A stretch of 63,466 bases of DNA, the filler included, from Octopus bimaculoides (taxonomy: Eukaryota), in the NCBI RefSeq assembly GCF_001194135.2. It is 7 parts of 7 records of this genome, joined end to end, with 100 filler letters (N's around TTAATTAATTAA, not from the genome) between each part and the next. Parts side by side here need not be neighbours in the genome. Positions count along the whole stretch, not along the records: positions 24,868 to 34,975 come from NC_068989.1; positions 35,076 to 48,053 come from NC_069006.1; 5 more parts are not named here. One strand, 5' to 3'. Positions within the stretch are counted from its first letter, which is position 1. Each line of letters opens with the position of its first letter. The position numbers and the translations under genes were made by a program. The notes beneath the pieces were generated by a model that had not been told where the DNA came from, did no database searches, and saw only the letters and a program-made list of their open reading frames with translations. Positions 27,776 through 41,066 of this stretch are shown piece by piece.

Positions 27776-28782
27776 TCTTAGTGTATTAATAAACATGCTC
27801 AGCACCACAGTGAAACAGGAGTTTCAAGCGAGCCAAGAAATGTCGGTTGTGCTGACCTTTCATTTCACTAAGTTCGCTTATATTTTTCAGTATAAAAGAA
27901 AGGAATCATTCGTTACGATTACTCGTTTTCTCTTGTATGAAATGTATGATTATCTATCCCTTCTAGTAGAATAGGATAAAATCTTTTCGCTGAATCAATA
28001 AAATTGCATATATGTTAAACAAAAGCAACTCGTTAGGTCGGAATAATATACACACACAACAATATGTAAATATCAAACTTAGTGCATAAGTACCGGCCGA
28101 AAGATATTCTTGTAGTATGTGTAGACAATTCGAACCAGATGAATAAAGAAATCTGCTCTTGAGCTGTTCAGATATGTGCATCATATTAACTATACGATCC
28201 ATGATATTTACGAAGGGAAGATTCCGATAAAGGCGAATAAAATATAAATGGGTAACAGCAGAGGTACATGTGTCAATCCATTACGGCCGTTTCTAATGAC
28301 ACTTTTAATTGATCAAAGAAAACATTACATTATTGTAAAGAAACCGTTTTCGTTAGATGAATTCATGAACTTCTAAATAAAGGACATTCGAAATGATTTA
28401 ACAAAGCAAAAACATTTACAGTGATTCTGCTACTATTTCAGGCCAGTAACACGTCCTTGTCTATATATATTGCAAAATAGATATGTTACAAAATAGATTC
28501 ACCAGAATAGTATATATTTGTTCATAACAGAGTAATTTAGAAGTTAGCAGAGTTTTTAGGAGGGTGAAGGAATAACTGACTCCAATGACACACTTATCTT
28601 TACTTCTCACAAGAGAGCTGGGTGCGGCTTCATTAGTCTAGGTTTATCTATTAAAGAGTTGTTTAATGTCTACTGGTCAGTGTTAGAAAATGATTTGTGG
28701 TCAGGTCAACCTACTAAATTATCAAGGTCAACAAGATAGTAAGGGATAGGGGAGGGACGAAGAGAAGACAAAAGAAAGAAAA

Positions 28783-28814
<32 letters not shown>

Positions 28815-29149
28815 AAAGAGAAAGAAAGAAAAAAGAAAGACAGAAAAAAGAAAGAAGGAAAGCTGGCAACCTTTATTAATTATCATAGCATTAATAGAGG
28901 AATATGTTGAAAGATAATGGAATAAGGGTAATGAGGGCGAAAGTCTAAACTATGACTGGAATCATTGCATGGGAATAAAACGAATCTACTACAACTAAGC
29001 AGAGATACAATATTATAGCAATGAGAGAAATTGGAAATTAAACATGGGTAAAAAATTAATTATAATGGAAATAGATGCTTTAAGATATAAAAGTAATAAA
29101 GACATTACAATTTTAAAGTAATATAGAGTATATAAATAACGATTTCAAT

Positions 29150-29345
29150 TTTTTTTTCCACAAGAACAGCTTGAGGGAGGGGCTGAAGTCGATTACATCG
29201 ACACCAAGGCGTAACTTTTACTTCTTTAATCAACCCCGAAGGATGAAAGGCAAAGTCGGCATCAGCCGAATTTGAACTCAAAACGTAAAGACGGACGAAA
29301 TACTGAGAACCATTTCGCTAGGCGTGCTAACGATTCTGCCACACC
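29150..29345 (-). mobile_element. SINE family B
   Basis: It contains GTCGATTACATCGAC...GGATGAAAGGCAAAGTCGG...ATTTGAACTCAAAACG...GGCGTGCTAACGATTCTGCC. Confidence 0.85.
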
Positions 29346-29759
29346 ACGATCTTATAGAGTATATAAATAATATTAGGGTAAAGATGAAGATATGTGGAAT
29401 TTATAATAGAGATACCAATAAAATAGCAGTAAAAAGCTTTTTGAACGTACGCACCAATTACAGGAGGGCAACGATAAGACATATTGAATATTAAGTTTTA
29501 AATATATGGTAAATATTTAAATATTATTGAAAATAGATAAAGAAGTATATTCAGATATAAAAATTTAAAGACTGAAAATTGTAAAAAAATGTAGACGGTT
29601 TATAAAAATATGTAAAGAGACAAAAATATTTTTTAAATTATTAAAAAATATATAAGAATTACAAAAAAGTTATTAATAGAAATAAAATTAAAAATAAATG
29701 GATAATAAAAATAAAAACAAAAATAAAAGATGTTTATATTACACACAATAAAAATAAAA

Positions 29760-30470
29760 GAATGAAGGACTTTTGATGTTAGACGTTATAAGTAGGGATG
29801 AATGAAACCTGATGTCTTTAAATAATAATCGTATATAAAAATATAGTTGAAAATAAACATAAGTTTGGGGGCGAAAAATATAAATCCACTAATAATAATA
29901 AAAAAATAAGGAATATTTTATATCAACCATATATAAAAGATACCAATCTTGGAAAGGGGTAGATATATATTATAATACTCTCTAGGGTGGATACACTACC
30001 GAATGAGTTAAGTTTAAATAATTAAATTATAATCTCATAATTAAGCCTACGAATAATTATTTCAAATTATAGATTATAAATGGTCAACTCTCGAGAGAGG
30101 ACTATAAGTAGGTTACATTAAATAGCACTTGATTAAATTGGCTATATAAATATTATTATGGGAGTACCAAGCAAGGTGAATCTTATTATATTAAAATGAT
30201 GGTGATTAAAGCGTGTAATATTCCCGGTGGCTTATAATGATTCGAAATGTAACAAAGTCAAGGAAGGAATAACTAGATCCATATCGGTCAGCCACAGACT
30301 AATAGCTTATATCTAGTATTTAATAGAAAGTCAGGTTAGGACCTAACAAGTATAATCAGTAAGCTAATGGTATTTTAAGATACTGCTAGGAGTAAGATGA
30401 TTATAAATAAATTAACATAAATGAATAAGAAAAATTACAAAATAAAAAAAATTAATAAAGGTGTACTATA
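29760..30470 (+). mobile_element. Highly decayed CR1/L2-like LINE reverse-transcriptase remnant
   Basis: Fragmentary matches occur in the expected order across stops and frameshifts: KHKFGGEKYKSTN (QHGF..SCLTN-like), VDIYY, DTLPNE (FD.VPH-like), IINGQLS, and a K-ANGILRY motif. Identity is low. Confidence 0.35.
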
Positions 30471-31288
30471 CCCAATGGTGGAGTTAGATTTTTTACTACG
30501 TAGCATTTTAAAAATTTAATCCATAAAGTTCTAAGCACTGTTGACAATGTAAAGGTATGAATTAACTATTTGGAGAATAATTACTTACACAGAGAAGTTA
30601 GCAAGATGTAAAGGTGTGAAAGAATTAGGTGGAGAATAAATATCCAGACAGACAAGTTATCTAGACATAAAGGTTAGCTATACAGAAAAGTTAGTAGACA
30701 GAAGTGATATAGGGGCTAAAGTGTCACAAGGCCATATTACTGTTGCTGACACCCTTCACTAAGTTGTTAAACACGACACGGTGCGGTAGAAGGACAGCCT
30801 CTCGTTTGTGTGTGTGTGTGTTAAAATTAAAAGTCGACTTACTGCCTTAAGATATATGTTAGAGGCAACCTACTGTGTTTAAAATGATTTTGTCTTATTA
30901 TTCAAAACAAAGAAATACTGCAACTAATGAATCAGGATCATCTTGGATCTGAACAACAATATTAAGTGTCCGTTGATACAAAGCAACGAAGTGGCCTGTA
31001 CATGGTCGTTCAAGATGCTAGAAATAACAGGTAAATATTTATCAAATTACACACTAGGTCATTTAGAAGTACTGATGACACATTCTATTAATATTTTTAC
31101 ATGTCTGTTTCATCGGAGCCGTGGAATCGCATCCCATCTCTAACATTCCATGTTTTATCGTCACAGGTATTGCTACCATGTCGTTTTGCTACCAGGGGGT
31201 TTCAGATTCACCTCCATTGCGCGGCGCCGGAGATAAGTGCTTTCGAGTATGAGTGAATTTTTGGAGACGGAAACAGTGCTTAAACTTG

Positions 31289-31328
<40 letters not shown>

Positions 31329-31329
<1 letters not shown>

Positions 31330-31628
31330 GGCTCTTTCGTCTTGATAGGTGGTCTAAGCAGCTGTGAGTGTATTAATTAGGTACTAGTAGTCTTCTTCTT
31401 GCAATTTCCCTCATCGTTGATCCTTCCTATGTTTGATGACCATATTCTGCTGCAAAATCTGCAAGCAAGCAAGGAGCTTCAGGGTTGTGGTCTGTTGTCT
31501 TTCCTCCTTTAGTCTTTTGCTTCGAGGGTCAGGCTGTTTTCTACCTCGAGCTGTTTGACTCCTTTGTTCACTGGAGTTTTCCATGCTGTTTTGTCTTCAG
31601 CTAACCTTTCCCAAGCGCTTGCATTCTA
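31329..31628 (-). mobile_element. RTE LINE 3' terminal segment
   Basis: The minus strand reads NASAWERLAEDKTAWKTPVNKGVKQLEVENSLTLEAK, then a decayed C-terminal Cys region and 3' UTR that end at an AT/TA tract. Confidence 0.75.
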
Positions 31629-31864
31629 TGTGGTACTATACATAGGAGAAGTGAAGAAACTCAATGCCTTTTATCTGAGGAGACTGTGAAAAATCATGGC
31701 ATCACTTGGCAAGATAAAGTTAGCAACACAGAAGTTTTGAAACAGACAGCACTTCTGAACGTGACAACTATTCTGTGCAAAAGGCGACTAAGATTGCTTG
31801 GACATGTGAAGCACATGGATGACAACAGAATCTTTAACATGATGAGACAGTAATACGGAGAACT
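31629..31864 (+). mobile_element. RTE LINE internal segment, inverted relative to 31329-31628
   Basis: The plus strand reads VLYIGEVKKLNAFYLRRL*KI/GITWQDKVSNTEVLK...KRRLRLLGHVKHMDDNRI...YGEL, the classic RTE post-RT region. Confidence 0.85.
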
Positions 31865-32344
31865 ATAAATTTTATGCATTATAGTAAAAGCAAGAATATT
31901 TATAGAACATTTTATTTTCGTTGGTTCCACTAGAAAACTATATATAAACATTTATTTGACTATAACCAGAAGCGTCGTATTCCCTTTTATGGCGTTAGGT
32001 AAAATCTATCAAAATATAAAATTCATTATAATGCAAAGTATGAATTTTTCCAAAATATTTTACTGAAACTAGTCGGTTCTTTATGTATTTAATTCAGAGA
32101 AAATTAGATACACTAGAGCAGATTAAAAAATTAATTAATAATTAAAAACATTTAGCAGTTTAATTAATTGAAAACCACTATGAACAAGCATATAATGAAC
32201 TTTAACCAATTAAAATGCTTTTGATGACAAAAATACGCCGAAGAAATGTACTCGCATCAATAAATTTTTAGTAAACAAAATCTGTAATCTGATTTCGTTG
32301 CCCGGCCTTCTTCATTTCATTTCACCTACATAGCTATTGTGAAG

Positions 32345-32600
32345 AAAGTGCCCTAATTGTTAGAATGTTCAGCTCATGATCAAAAGGTCGTAGGTTCAAT
32401 TCCCAGAACAGTCTTGCGTGATATATTTTTGTGCAAACCACTTCATTTCACGTTGTTTAAATCTTCCCAGCAGTAAGGTGTCCCATCAGTCTATTTTTCT
32501 CCATCAGTTACAACCGGGATGTTTAGCTGGGTCACGGACAACGTGGGCCTAGGAACCGGTTAGATCTCTCCGTAACTCATAGACATTGAAAACAATCTGC
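32345..32600 (+). mobile_element. SINE family C, degenerate
   Basis: It has a tRNA-like head (GTTAGAATGTTCAGCTCATGATCAAAAGGTCGTAGGTTCAATTCCC) followed by the family C body. Confidence 0.65.
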
Positions 32601-33621
32601 GAAGGCATCGTTAAAAAGTCATACACACTCGCGAGTGATAGCTACCTATACTCTTGCTTTTATAGTTAGTTGTGACGATTTGACTTCTCTCTCACCCTTG
32701 TTTCTTTCTGAACCATGTTTCTGCTTCTCCCCATATGAGCTCTAACAAAGCGCACTTATGCTCAATAGGCATTTCAATTACGACTATCCCTTCATTCCTT
32801 TCTTTTCTTCTCTTTTTGTTTTAGATACAAAATATCTTGGATCACAGTATCATCTTTTTTTTATAGGGCTCAGTATGATGTAAAATATATTTGATTAGTA
32901 TTTCTAGATCAAATAACCTTATAGAAGCACTCCTGTTTGCTCCTGAAGACATGTCTTTTTCATCTGCGTCGTTTAGCTACATTTATTACCAGGAATTTGG
33001 CGAAAGCGAACCCACATTCGCTATGTTTTCTTTGATTCGACACTTCTACTAATAAAGGTTATTAATCTTAAAATGACATCACTAACACCTTTAATGAAAA
33101 AAGATGAACACCATACATTATTATTGCTTTTATTGGAAAACTAAGACCTTGTGCGTGTATAAGAAATCAATTTTATAATCTCATTTTGAATGCCGTTATT
33201 ACCGTCCTCATACATGTGGTCATCATTAAACTCCTCAATCTGTTACAAGTGAACGTTATTAAGCCGCTATTGCATTATAGGGAACGCAGACCTTATGTAT
33301 GATGTGCTATTATCTTATTAACGATCTCTATACAACCACATAAATCTATTTATCTATTTGGAAAGTTTGCAGATAATTTATATATTGATGATATGTATAC
33401 TTTGTTGTGGTTGTGTATAAATGTATGCATACGTGTTTAAATTTCCATGTGGCATACTGCGAATGTGTCTGTTTTTATGTATGTGCGTGTGTGTATGTGC
33501 ATGGATGTCTGTTATTCACTGTATGTATGCATATGTGAACGTTTTCTATTCTATTCTAAGAAATCAATCAATTTGGCTATATTACAAGTGATATACAATC
33601 GGCTATGAGCTTTTAACCTCT

Positions 33622-33742
33622 TGACGTCATCAACTGCCTCCAGACATTGAATGACGTCAGAGTGCTTTGAGAGACTACTTTGGAAAAGGTAATCAATTAA
33701 AATGGTACCTTCTGGACGGTAACCTTCGCGACCAGATATAAA
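33622..33742 (+). promoter_or_regulatory. Candidate CRE-CRE-TATA promoter module
   Basis: Perfect TGACGTCA occurs at 33622-33629 and 33652-33659, and TATAAA at 33737-33742. The sequence is not a recognised repeat. There is no transcript evidence. Confidence 0.4.
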
Positions 33743-34606
33743 CTGAAGACAATAGGGCTATAATAGATGCAAACACATGCCTAACAACGCCAGCTGTCCT
33801 AAACATGAATATCTTAACGTTTGCAAGTTTCGTTTATTATAATTTGAGATAAAATTAGATAATGATATGCAAGTAGTAATTTTCACTAACAAATATATTC
33901 AGTTTTTAATCTTCAAATGCAACAATTTACGTAGACTTAGTTTATTTCTTACACTTGGTAGTACTTGTTAATCAGTACAAAATCCATGAAAACATTAGCC
34001 TTCAAGTAGGAATAATCGATGCTTTCACACTAGTATATATGTAAACGCAGTAGCTTTTCCTTTTGTATAATAAGCTGATACTAAAAATGTTGTAATACTA
34101 ATGACTTTTTTTTATCGTTGTATAAGCATCAAATCAGCACTGTTTAGGCGGCCGTGAGATCAAAACGTGTACAACTTGGATATCTCACTGTCTTTGTATT
34201 TTGTGGGTTTTTATAGGAAAAATGTACTTCAGACTAAATTATTTAATGCGTTTTTTTTTTGTACCATAGAATGTGGTATGAAGGAGATTTGGTTAGTATT
34301 CCAAGCAGATCGAGTGACCACGTACATAATGCCTGCTTAGATTGTTATTAAAGATGTTAACTGTAGAGGTGAAATAATTTTTTGTCAGTTTTGTCAATGA
34401 ATATTTCAGGTAGTTACAGAAAAATGGAACTGCGTACCCATTGTATCATTATATAATCGGTTGTGCTTCCAAAGTATTTTATACTATTAACATATTATTC
34501 ATACCGACTCAGCGGGCCACACACACGGACACACGGTGTGTAACATGATTATTTACACACAGGAGTGTGTGAGTACGAGTGTTTGTGTATGTAATTGTTC
34601 TTCATC

Positions 34607-34750
34607 GCAACTTGGAAACCGGTATTGGTTTGTTTGTGTCCACGTAACTTAGAAGCTGAACAAAAGAGATCGAGCTAAAAATATAAACATTGAGGTCGAT
34701 TTGTTCGACTAGACCCTACAGAGAGGTGCTCCCAGGTTGGCCACAATACA
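34607..34750 (+). mobile_element. SINE family A, 3' half, degenerate
   Basis: It contains CCACGTAACTTAG...GAGGTCGATTTGTTCGACT...GGTGCTCCCAG. Confidence 0.7.
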
Positions 34751-34786
34751 TACATACAATGTGTGTATGTGTGTGTGTGTGTGTGT

Positions 34787-34838
<52 letters not shown>

Positions 34839-34847
34839 AAGAAGAGG

Positions 34848-34975
34848 TACGTGGTTTAGTGGTTAAGGTGGATTCATGATCGTAAGATTTTAGTTTCGCT
34901 TTCAGCAGCGAGCGATCCGTTGAATTCTTGAACAAAACAATTCATTCCAAGTACTCCAGTCTATCCAGCTGACAA
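34848..34975 (+). mobile_element. SINE family C head (a similar copy lies at 35197-35355)
   Basis: It has an A-box-like TGGTTTAGTGGTTAAG. The 35197 copy has TGGTTTAGAGG and a B-box-like GAGTTCGATATCC. Confidence 0.7.
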
Positions 34976-35592
34976 NNNNNNNNNNNNNNNNNNNNNNNNN
35001 NNNNNNNNNNNNNNNNNNNTTAATTAATTAANNNNNNNNNNNNNNNNNNNNNNNNNNNNNNNNNNNNNNNNNNNNCGGTGGAGCGCCAGGTAAATAAAAA
35101 AAACGAAGAAGAAAAAGAAAAAAGAAAAGAAAAAAAATGTCTTGCAATTATTCCGAATTAGTGATATGTCATTATGTCTCTTCTACATTCTGTGTGAGAG
35201 TACGTGGTTTAGAGGTTAGCGGTTTTCGGATCATGGTCGTAAGGTTGTGAGTTCGATATCCAGTCCAGTGGTGTGTTGAGTCCTTGAGAGCAAGACACTC
35301 TATTTCACATTGCTCCAGTTCACTTTGCTGGCAAAAATGAGTTGTACTTGTATTTCAAAAATGTGTTAGGGAGAAGCGGTCGCTTTCCTCGCTCCGTTAT
35401 TAGCTCCGTCACTGCTTTGATCGTTTCAGGATTGATAAAATAAGTACCAGTTAAGTACTGAGGGTTGATGTAATCAACTTCCCCCTCCATTCAAAAAACT
35501 GTTGGTCCCTGTGCCAAAATTTGAAACGAATCGCTCTCACCATTCTGTGAGCTCAACTCCTGATATACTATGAAGAAGAATAGTTTCTAATG

Positions 35593-35790
35593 ATTCTTTT
35601 CTATTCTAGGCACAAGGCCCGAAATTTTGGAGGAGGGGGCCAATCGATTAGATCTACCCCAGTATACAACTGGTACTTAATTTATCGACTCCTGGAAGGA
35701 TGAAAGGCAAAGTTGACCTCGGTGGTATTTGAACTCAGAACATAAAGACAGACGAAATGCTGCTAAGCATCTCGCCTGGCGTGCTAACGT
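35593..35790 (-). mobile_element. SINE family B (a partial plus-strand copy lies at 35435-35530)
   Basis: It contains TTCTAGGCACAAGGCCCGAAATTTTGG...GGATGAAAGGCAAAGTTGACCTCGG...GGCGTGCTAACG. Confidence 0.88.
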
Positions 35791-36659
35791 TAATTTCTAA
35801 ATATTGGTAAGTTTTTTTCATTTTCTTAAGAGGAGGAGGAGGAGGAGGTTGTGATAGTGGTGATGATGGTGGTGGTGGTGGCGGTGGCAGTATGTTGATC
35901 TAATCGGCCCTACTACTTGTCTAGGTTTGATATTACTGACCCCTTCAGAAATGTATGATGGTGAAGGTGAAGTCGAAGTTGACCCGGGGGTCCCATATTT
36001 TAATGTAAAACAATTCCAAGCATGAATGCTTAAACAGCAGCCCCAGAAGAAAGTAATACAAAACAATACAATACAAGCGTTGACTGTAAATTGTAATTGT
36101 CCGCCTCAGCAGTCTCCATTGATACATGCCAACCGGAAATGTCAGTTGTCGTCTGCTAACCAAAACAACCACACACACACACACACACACATTTTATTTT
36201 TATTTTTTGAGATCTCTTGCCGTACATATTTTTCCCACGGTCTTCCCTTATTATCTTACACTGTCTTTTTTTTTCTTTTTTTTTTTGAAGATCAATTGCT
36301 TTGAGAGATGAGCTACCATCGGATACCTTCCCATATGCCCATTCGGATGTCTGTCTATCCGCCTGTCTGGTGTGTGTGTGTATCACTTGATGTATGTAAG
36401 TATGTATATGTGTATGTGTGTGTGTGTATATACATTTCGTTTTTGTATTTGGTTTGCAAGATTCTTTATGTGAATTCATGTATTGAAGCATATTTTATTA
36501 TCTGGGGAAGAGTCATTCTCTTTCTTTTTTAGTGCCTTATCACTTAACACACTCACCGGTTCGATTTCTAGTCGGCGGCGTATCAGTAGTCTTATGTGAC
36601 ATTTTTTTCTGTTCTGTAAGTAATTCTAGACATCTTTCTTGTACAGTTGATTTATTAAT

Positions 36660-36791
36660 TAGGGCATCCAGCTGTAGAAACTCTGCCAAATCAGATTGGA
36701 GCTTGGTGTAGCCATCTGGTTTCACCAGTCCTCAATCAAATCGTCAAACCCATGCTAGCATGGAAAGCGGACGTTAAACGATGATGATGCT

Positions 36792-36822
<31 letters not shown>

Positions 36823-36830
36823 ATGATGAC
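36660..36830 (+). mobile_element. 3' tail of a SINE/LINE ending in (GAT)n
   Basis: It reads AGGGCATCCAGCTGTAGAAAC...AACCCATGCTAGCATGGAAAGCGGACGTTAAACGATGATGATG, a retroposon-like 3' end with a triplet tail. Confidence 0.65.
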
Positions 36831-38494
36831 TACTTTCATAAAGTCACTTCTGCAAAAATGTTTTAATATTTGTAAGCAAAGTTTTGAAATAAAGGTTGAT
36901 ATTTGATAATATTTGACAAATATTAGTTACATTTACGTTAAAAAAGGGCCATGTAACTCCCCAGATTATAGTGCGGTTTATCTGCGAGTCAACTGCAAAT
37001 ACCTACTTTGACAACCTTAAACTAAGGGTGCGGCCTGTCCACTGGTGCGACCTACCAACTTCTTAACCACATATCCATGCCTGCACCTATCTTACTACAA
37101 ATCCATTTTAATATATCAAAAAACGGATGATCTTCCAAATTTACTTCATTAACCATTAGGATTATTTAAGTTCCTACACACTGAGGTTACCCACTCCTCC
37201 ATCCCCACCCCCACCAAAGAACATCCTCTCGGTAATATTATTCGTGACATTTTAAGCAATTCCATACCCATTACATACCCCTAATAGGTAATATAGCTTT
37301 GTAATGCCTCTGGCCTATTGTATAACTACTTTAAGACCCCCCCCCACACCCCAACTTACACCACACTGACGCCCTCCCTACCTTCCTGCTCGTATTCGAA
37401 CGCCAGACTCTAATGCCTCTCTCTCCTGTAAGAATCTTCCACTTAGCTTCAGTTAATCTGAACCATTCTTTTTTTAACAGTGAAGTCTTTTGCGTATCAG
37501 ACTAACATTTCATCATGATGCCTTCCATTCCTGTACTTATTAAAATATATACATACACNNNNNNNNNNNNNNNNNNNNNNNNNNNNNNNNNNNNNNNNNN
37601 NNNNNNNNNNNNNNNNNNNNNNNNNNNNNNNNNNNNNNNNNNNNNNNNNNNNNNNNNNNNNNNNNNNNNNNNNNNNNNNNNNNNNNNNNNNNNNNNNNNN
37701 NNNNNNNNNNNNNNNNNNNNNNNNNNNNNNNNNNCCATGACAACATCTCAATAATAAAATTAGGTCGTTATTTTAAAGGAGAGAATAGAACACCGATAAC
37801 TTGACACGAACCGACCAACCTTTCGATCGGCAAACAGGCAACCCTCACGACTTAATATTTCGCAAATTCCATTGTTATTTTAGATAAACATTTGTCATTA
37901 TTACCTACATTAAGCATTGTCTGACTGACTTCTTTTCTATTCTGTGATTTATTTTGGTTGATTTGGTGTGAACTTTCTCAGCTCAGACCAGTCACATCGG
38001 CTGCAATAGCTGGTTGTCTGGTCTTTTTCTCCCCGAAACACACAATACCGCTTAAACGGTAATTTGTATTTTGAATGAAACAGTTATTAAAATCACAGTA
38101 AAAAGATCAAATGCTTTAGTTCTGGACCGAATGCATGTTGTAAGTGTCTATTGTTTTATTTTAATTTTTATGTTCATTTGGGCGCCGTAACTGTCTCAGC
38201 TTCGTTTTATTACTTGAAGTTACCCCAATGAAGTTTGCAGCCAACTCAGGTGACACTCCGGTACTAAATTACTTGTTGACTGGTTAATATATTCGTTTCT
38301 ATGTTCCGGTTGAATAATTGATCTCTTGTTCCTGTGGTGTGTCTCGATTGAAGTTAAATAACATCAGCGTTGTGGTCTTAATTGAAGTCAAATAATTTCT
38401 TGGGATTCGATCTCTGTTGTTGCAGTTTCTTAATCATCATCAATACGGCAATAACAACAACAGCAACAAAAACAACAACAATGGTAGCAGCAAA

Positions 38495-38612
38495 GCAACG
38501 CAAAATGAAATGTTTTGCTCAAAAACACAAGGCACCACCCAGGTTTGGAATCGAAACCACGCTCTAACGATCAATGAATCCAACATGCTAACCACTAAGC
38601 CATGCGCCTCCA
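38495..38612 (-). mobile_element. SINE family C head
   Basis: The minus strand reads GGAGGCGCATGGCTTAGTGGTTAGC...GGTTTCGATTCC (A and B boxes). Confidence 0.75.
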
Positions 38613-39255
38613 TGTCACTAGGTCATGCAGTTTCAAGGATTTTGTTTAATCCTCAAATAAATGTGCTCAAATATCTTCTCACGGCATTACTGGAGCGATG
38701 CCAACAGAAACATTTGGTGGAAATCACAGATAACATAGAGATGCCTAGCAAACATATCGCTTCTTATCTCGGTTTCGATTCCAAAATAAAGACGTTTATA
38801 TTCCAATTATGCGGTCGCTAGTTCCTCATCTGAGCGTTACATGATCACCCACTGTTGGTAAATTTGCGCTGGCCAAGGCTGGCTTGTAATTAAACAGAAC
38901 TAACCAAGATTTAACAGTGGTAGTAGCAACAGCAACGGCAGCAGCAGCAATAACCAGCACAAATTTGGCAATGTTCCGATCTGGAAGTATTAGACAAGAA
39001 GAAGAAGAAGAAAGCAAACTATCAGCATGGAACAAAATTATTCAGAGACACTATCAGTATGCAGACGATCGGCTTTGATTAAAGAGAATGTCAGACATGA
39101 AACATAACGGCAACAATAGTAACAACAACGACAACGGGACCGTCATGAAAGTAACATGTATTCACTGCGTGGCCGACCAGCCTGCTAGAAAGACCAGCTA
39201 GATACCCCACCGTTACGTCTCGTCATTTTATGTGATAAAACAGCAAAGAAAGTTG

Positions 39256-39428
39256 GGAGCAGATGTGTCTGTGTGGTAAGAAGCTTCCTTCCCAACCACG
39301 TGGTTCTGGGTTCAGTCCCACTGTGTGGCACCTTGGGCAAATGTCTTCTATTAAAGCCTCGGGCTGACCAAAGCCTTGTTAGTGGATTTGGTAGACAGAA
39401 ACTGAGAAACTGAAAGAAGCCTGTCGTA
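39256..39428 (+). mobile_element. SINE family A, 5' half, running into a gap
   Basis: It contains CTGTGTGGTAAGAAGCTT...GGGTTCAGTCCCACTG...GAAACTGAAAGAAGCC. Confidence 0.88.
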
Positions 39429-40199
39429 NNNNNNNNNNNNNNNNNNNNNNNNNNNNNNNNNNNNNNNNNNNNNNNNNNNNNNNNNNNNNNNNNNNNNNNN
39501 NNNNNNNNNNNNNNNNNNNNNNNNNNNNNNNNNNNNNNNNNNNNNNNNNNNNNNNNNNNNNNNNNNNNNNNNNNNNNNNNNNNNNNNNNNNNNNNNNNNN
39601 NNNNNNNNNNNNNNNNNNNNNNNNNNNNNNNNNNNNNNNNNNNNNNNNNNNNNNNNNNNNNNNNNNNNNNNNNNNNNNNNNNNNNNNNNNNNNNNNNNNN
39701 NNNNNNNNNNNNNNNNNNNNNNNNNNNNNNNNNNNNNNNNNNNNNNNNNNNNNNNNNNNNNNNNNNNNNNNNNNNNNNNNNNNNNNNNNNNNNNNNNNNN
39801 NNNNNNNNNNNNNNNNNNNNNNNNNNNNNNNNNNNNNNNNNNNNNNNNNNNNNNNNNNNNNNNNNNNNNNNNNNNNNNNNNNNNNNNNNNNNNNNNNNNN
39901 NNNNNNNNNNNNNNNNNNNNNNNNNNNNNNNNNNNNNNNNNNNNNNNNNNNNNNNNNNNNNNNNNNNNNNNNNNNNNNNNNNNNNNNNNNNNNNNNNNNN
40001 NNNNNNNNNNNNNNNNNNNNNNNNNNNNNNNNNNNNNNNNNNNNNNNNNNNNNNNNNNNNNNNNNNNNNNNNNNNNNNNNNNNNNNNNNNNNNNNNNNNN
40101 NNNNNNNNNNNNNNNNNNNNNNNNNNNNNNNNNNNNNNNNNNNNNNNNNNNNNNNNNNNNNNNNNNNNNNNNNNNNNNNNNNNNNNNNNNNNNNNNNNN

Positions 40200-40245
<46 letters not shown>

Positions 40246-40844
40246 ATTTGTGCTAATATCTATCTATCTTCGTTGCATTGTGACAGGAACCGTAGAGAGC
40301 ATCACTCAACATGCTCCTTTCTCCAAAAGTGAAGAGGAGTTTAGCGAGGAGTGCCAACAATCTCCTCACATACCAATATATATATAACTGAAAAAAATAT
40401 ATAACTGAAACTGTACAAGGACAGGCAAACGTACAATATACAGCACAGAACGGAAATGATAGAAAGCACGGATCATCTATCACACTTATACATCTTCGTC
40501 TATAAAACAAACTCAATGGCCGACAGCTCAACCGTATCATCTTCCTTACAAAACCAGAAGTTGGTGGGCGTTGTCATTTTAAACTGAGAATATCAAAGTT
40601 GTTAAAGACGGGAAGAGATTAATTGCCGGGGCGAAGAATCTGGGAAGCTGTTTCGATTACTAAGACTTATAAAATTGTACATGTAGTAGAAAACATGTAA
40701 GACATCTCCTATTAGAAATTCTTCAGACAGAGAATCAAATAATATTATTTGTTCAATTTTGTAATTCCTGTTAACAAACGAAACATCTGTAATAGTGAAT
40801 AAATAATATCATTTGATAAATAGATAGTTGGGTAGATAGACAGC

Positions 40845-41066
40845 TATGAGGGGGTGCTGGAAAGGTCCTGGCTATAAGGATATCGTGAAAGGCTTTGTTG
40901 AAAGCCCAACCTTCCGAGTTCTTTTACAGGGCTTAGAAAAAACTGAAGGACCATTGCAATAAGTGTGTGAATCTGAGAAGGAAACATGTTGAATAAGATC
41001 ATATTTAACTGGTCCTCCTATATTTTCTTTTACCTAGAGCCAGGAACTTTTTAGCACTCCATCGTA
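40845..41066 (+). mobile_element. Mariner-derived MITE with TA target duplication
   Basis: The termini are TA-TGAGGGGGTGCTGGAAAGGTCCTGGCT and AGCCAGGAACTTTTTAGCACTCCATCG-TA (imperfect TIR of about 27 bp). An internal remnant, GLEK/LKDHCNKCVNLRRKHVE*, matches the mariner transposase C-terminus. Confidence 0.8.

Noticed and set aside
28090-28170. Peptide PKDILVVCVDNSNQM resembling the VWA start of Rpn10/PSMD4 (VCVDNS)
   Set aside because: The match is only six residues, a stop follows six codons later, and there are no convincing splice sites. Probably chance.
29380-30470. Very A-rich block first suspected to be a mitochondrial insertion
   Set aside because: No mitochondrial gene or tRNA motif was recognisable. 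Scattered RT motifs fit a decayed LINE better.
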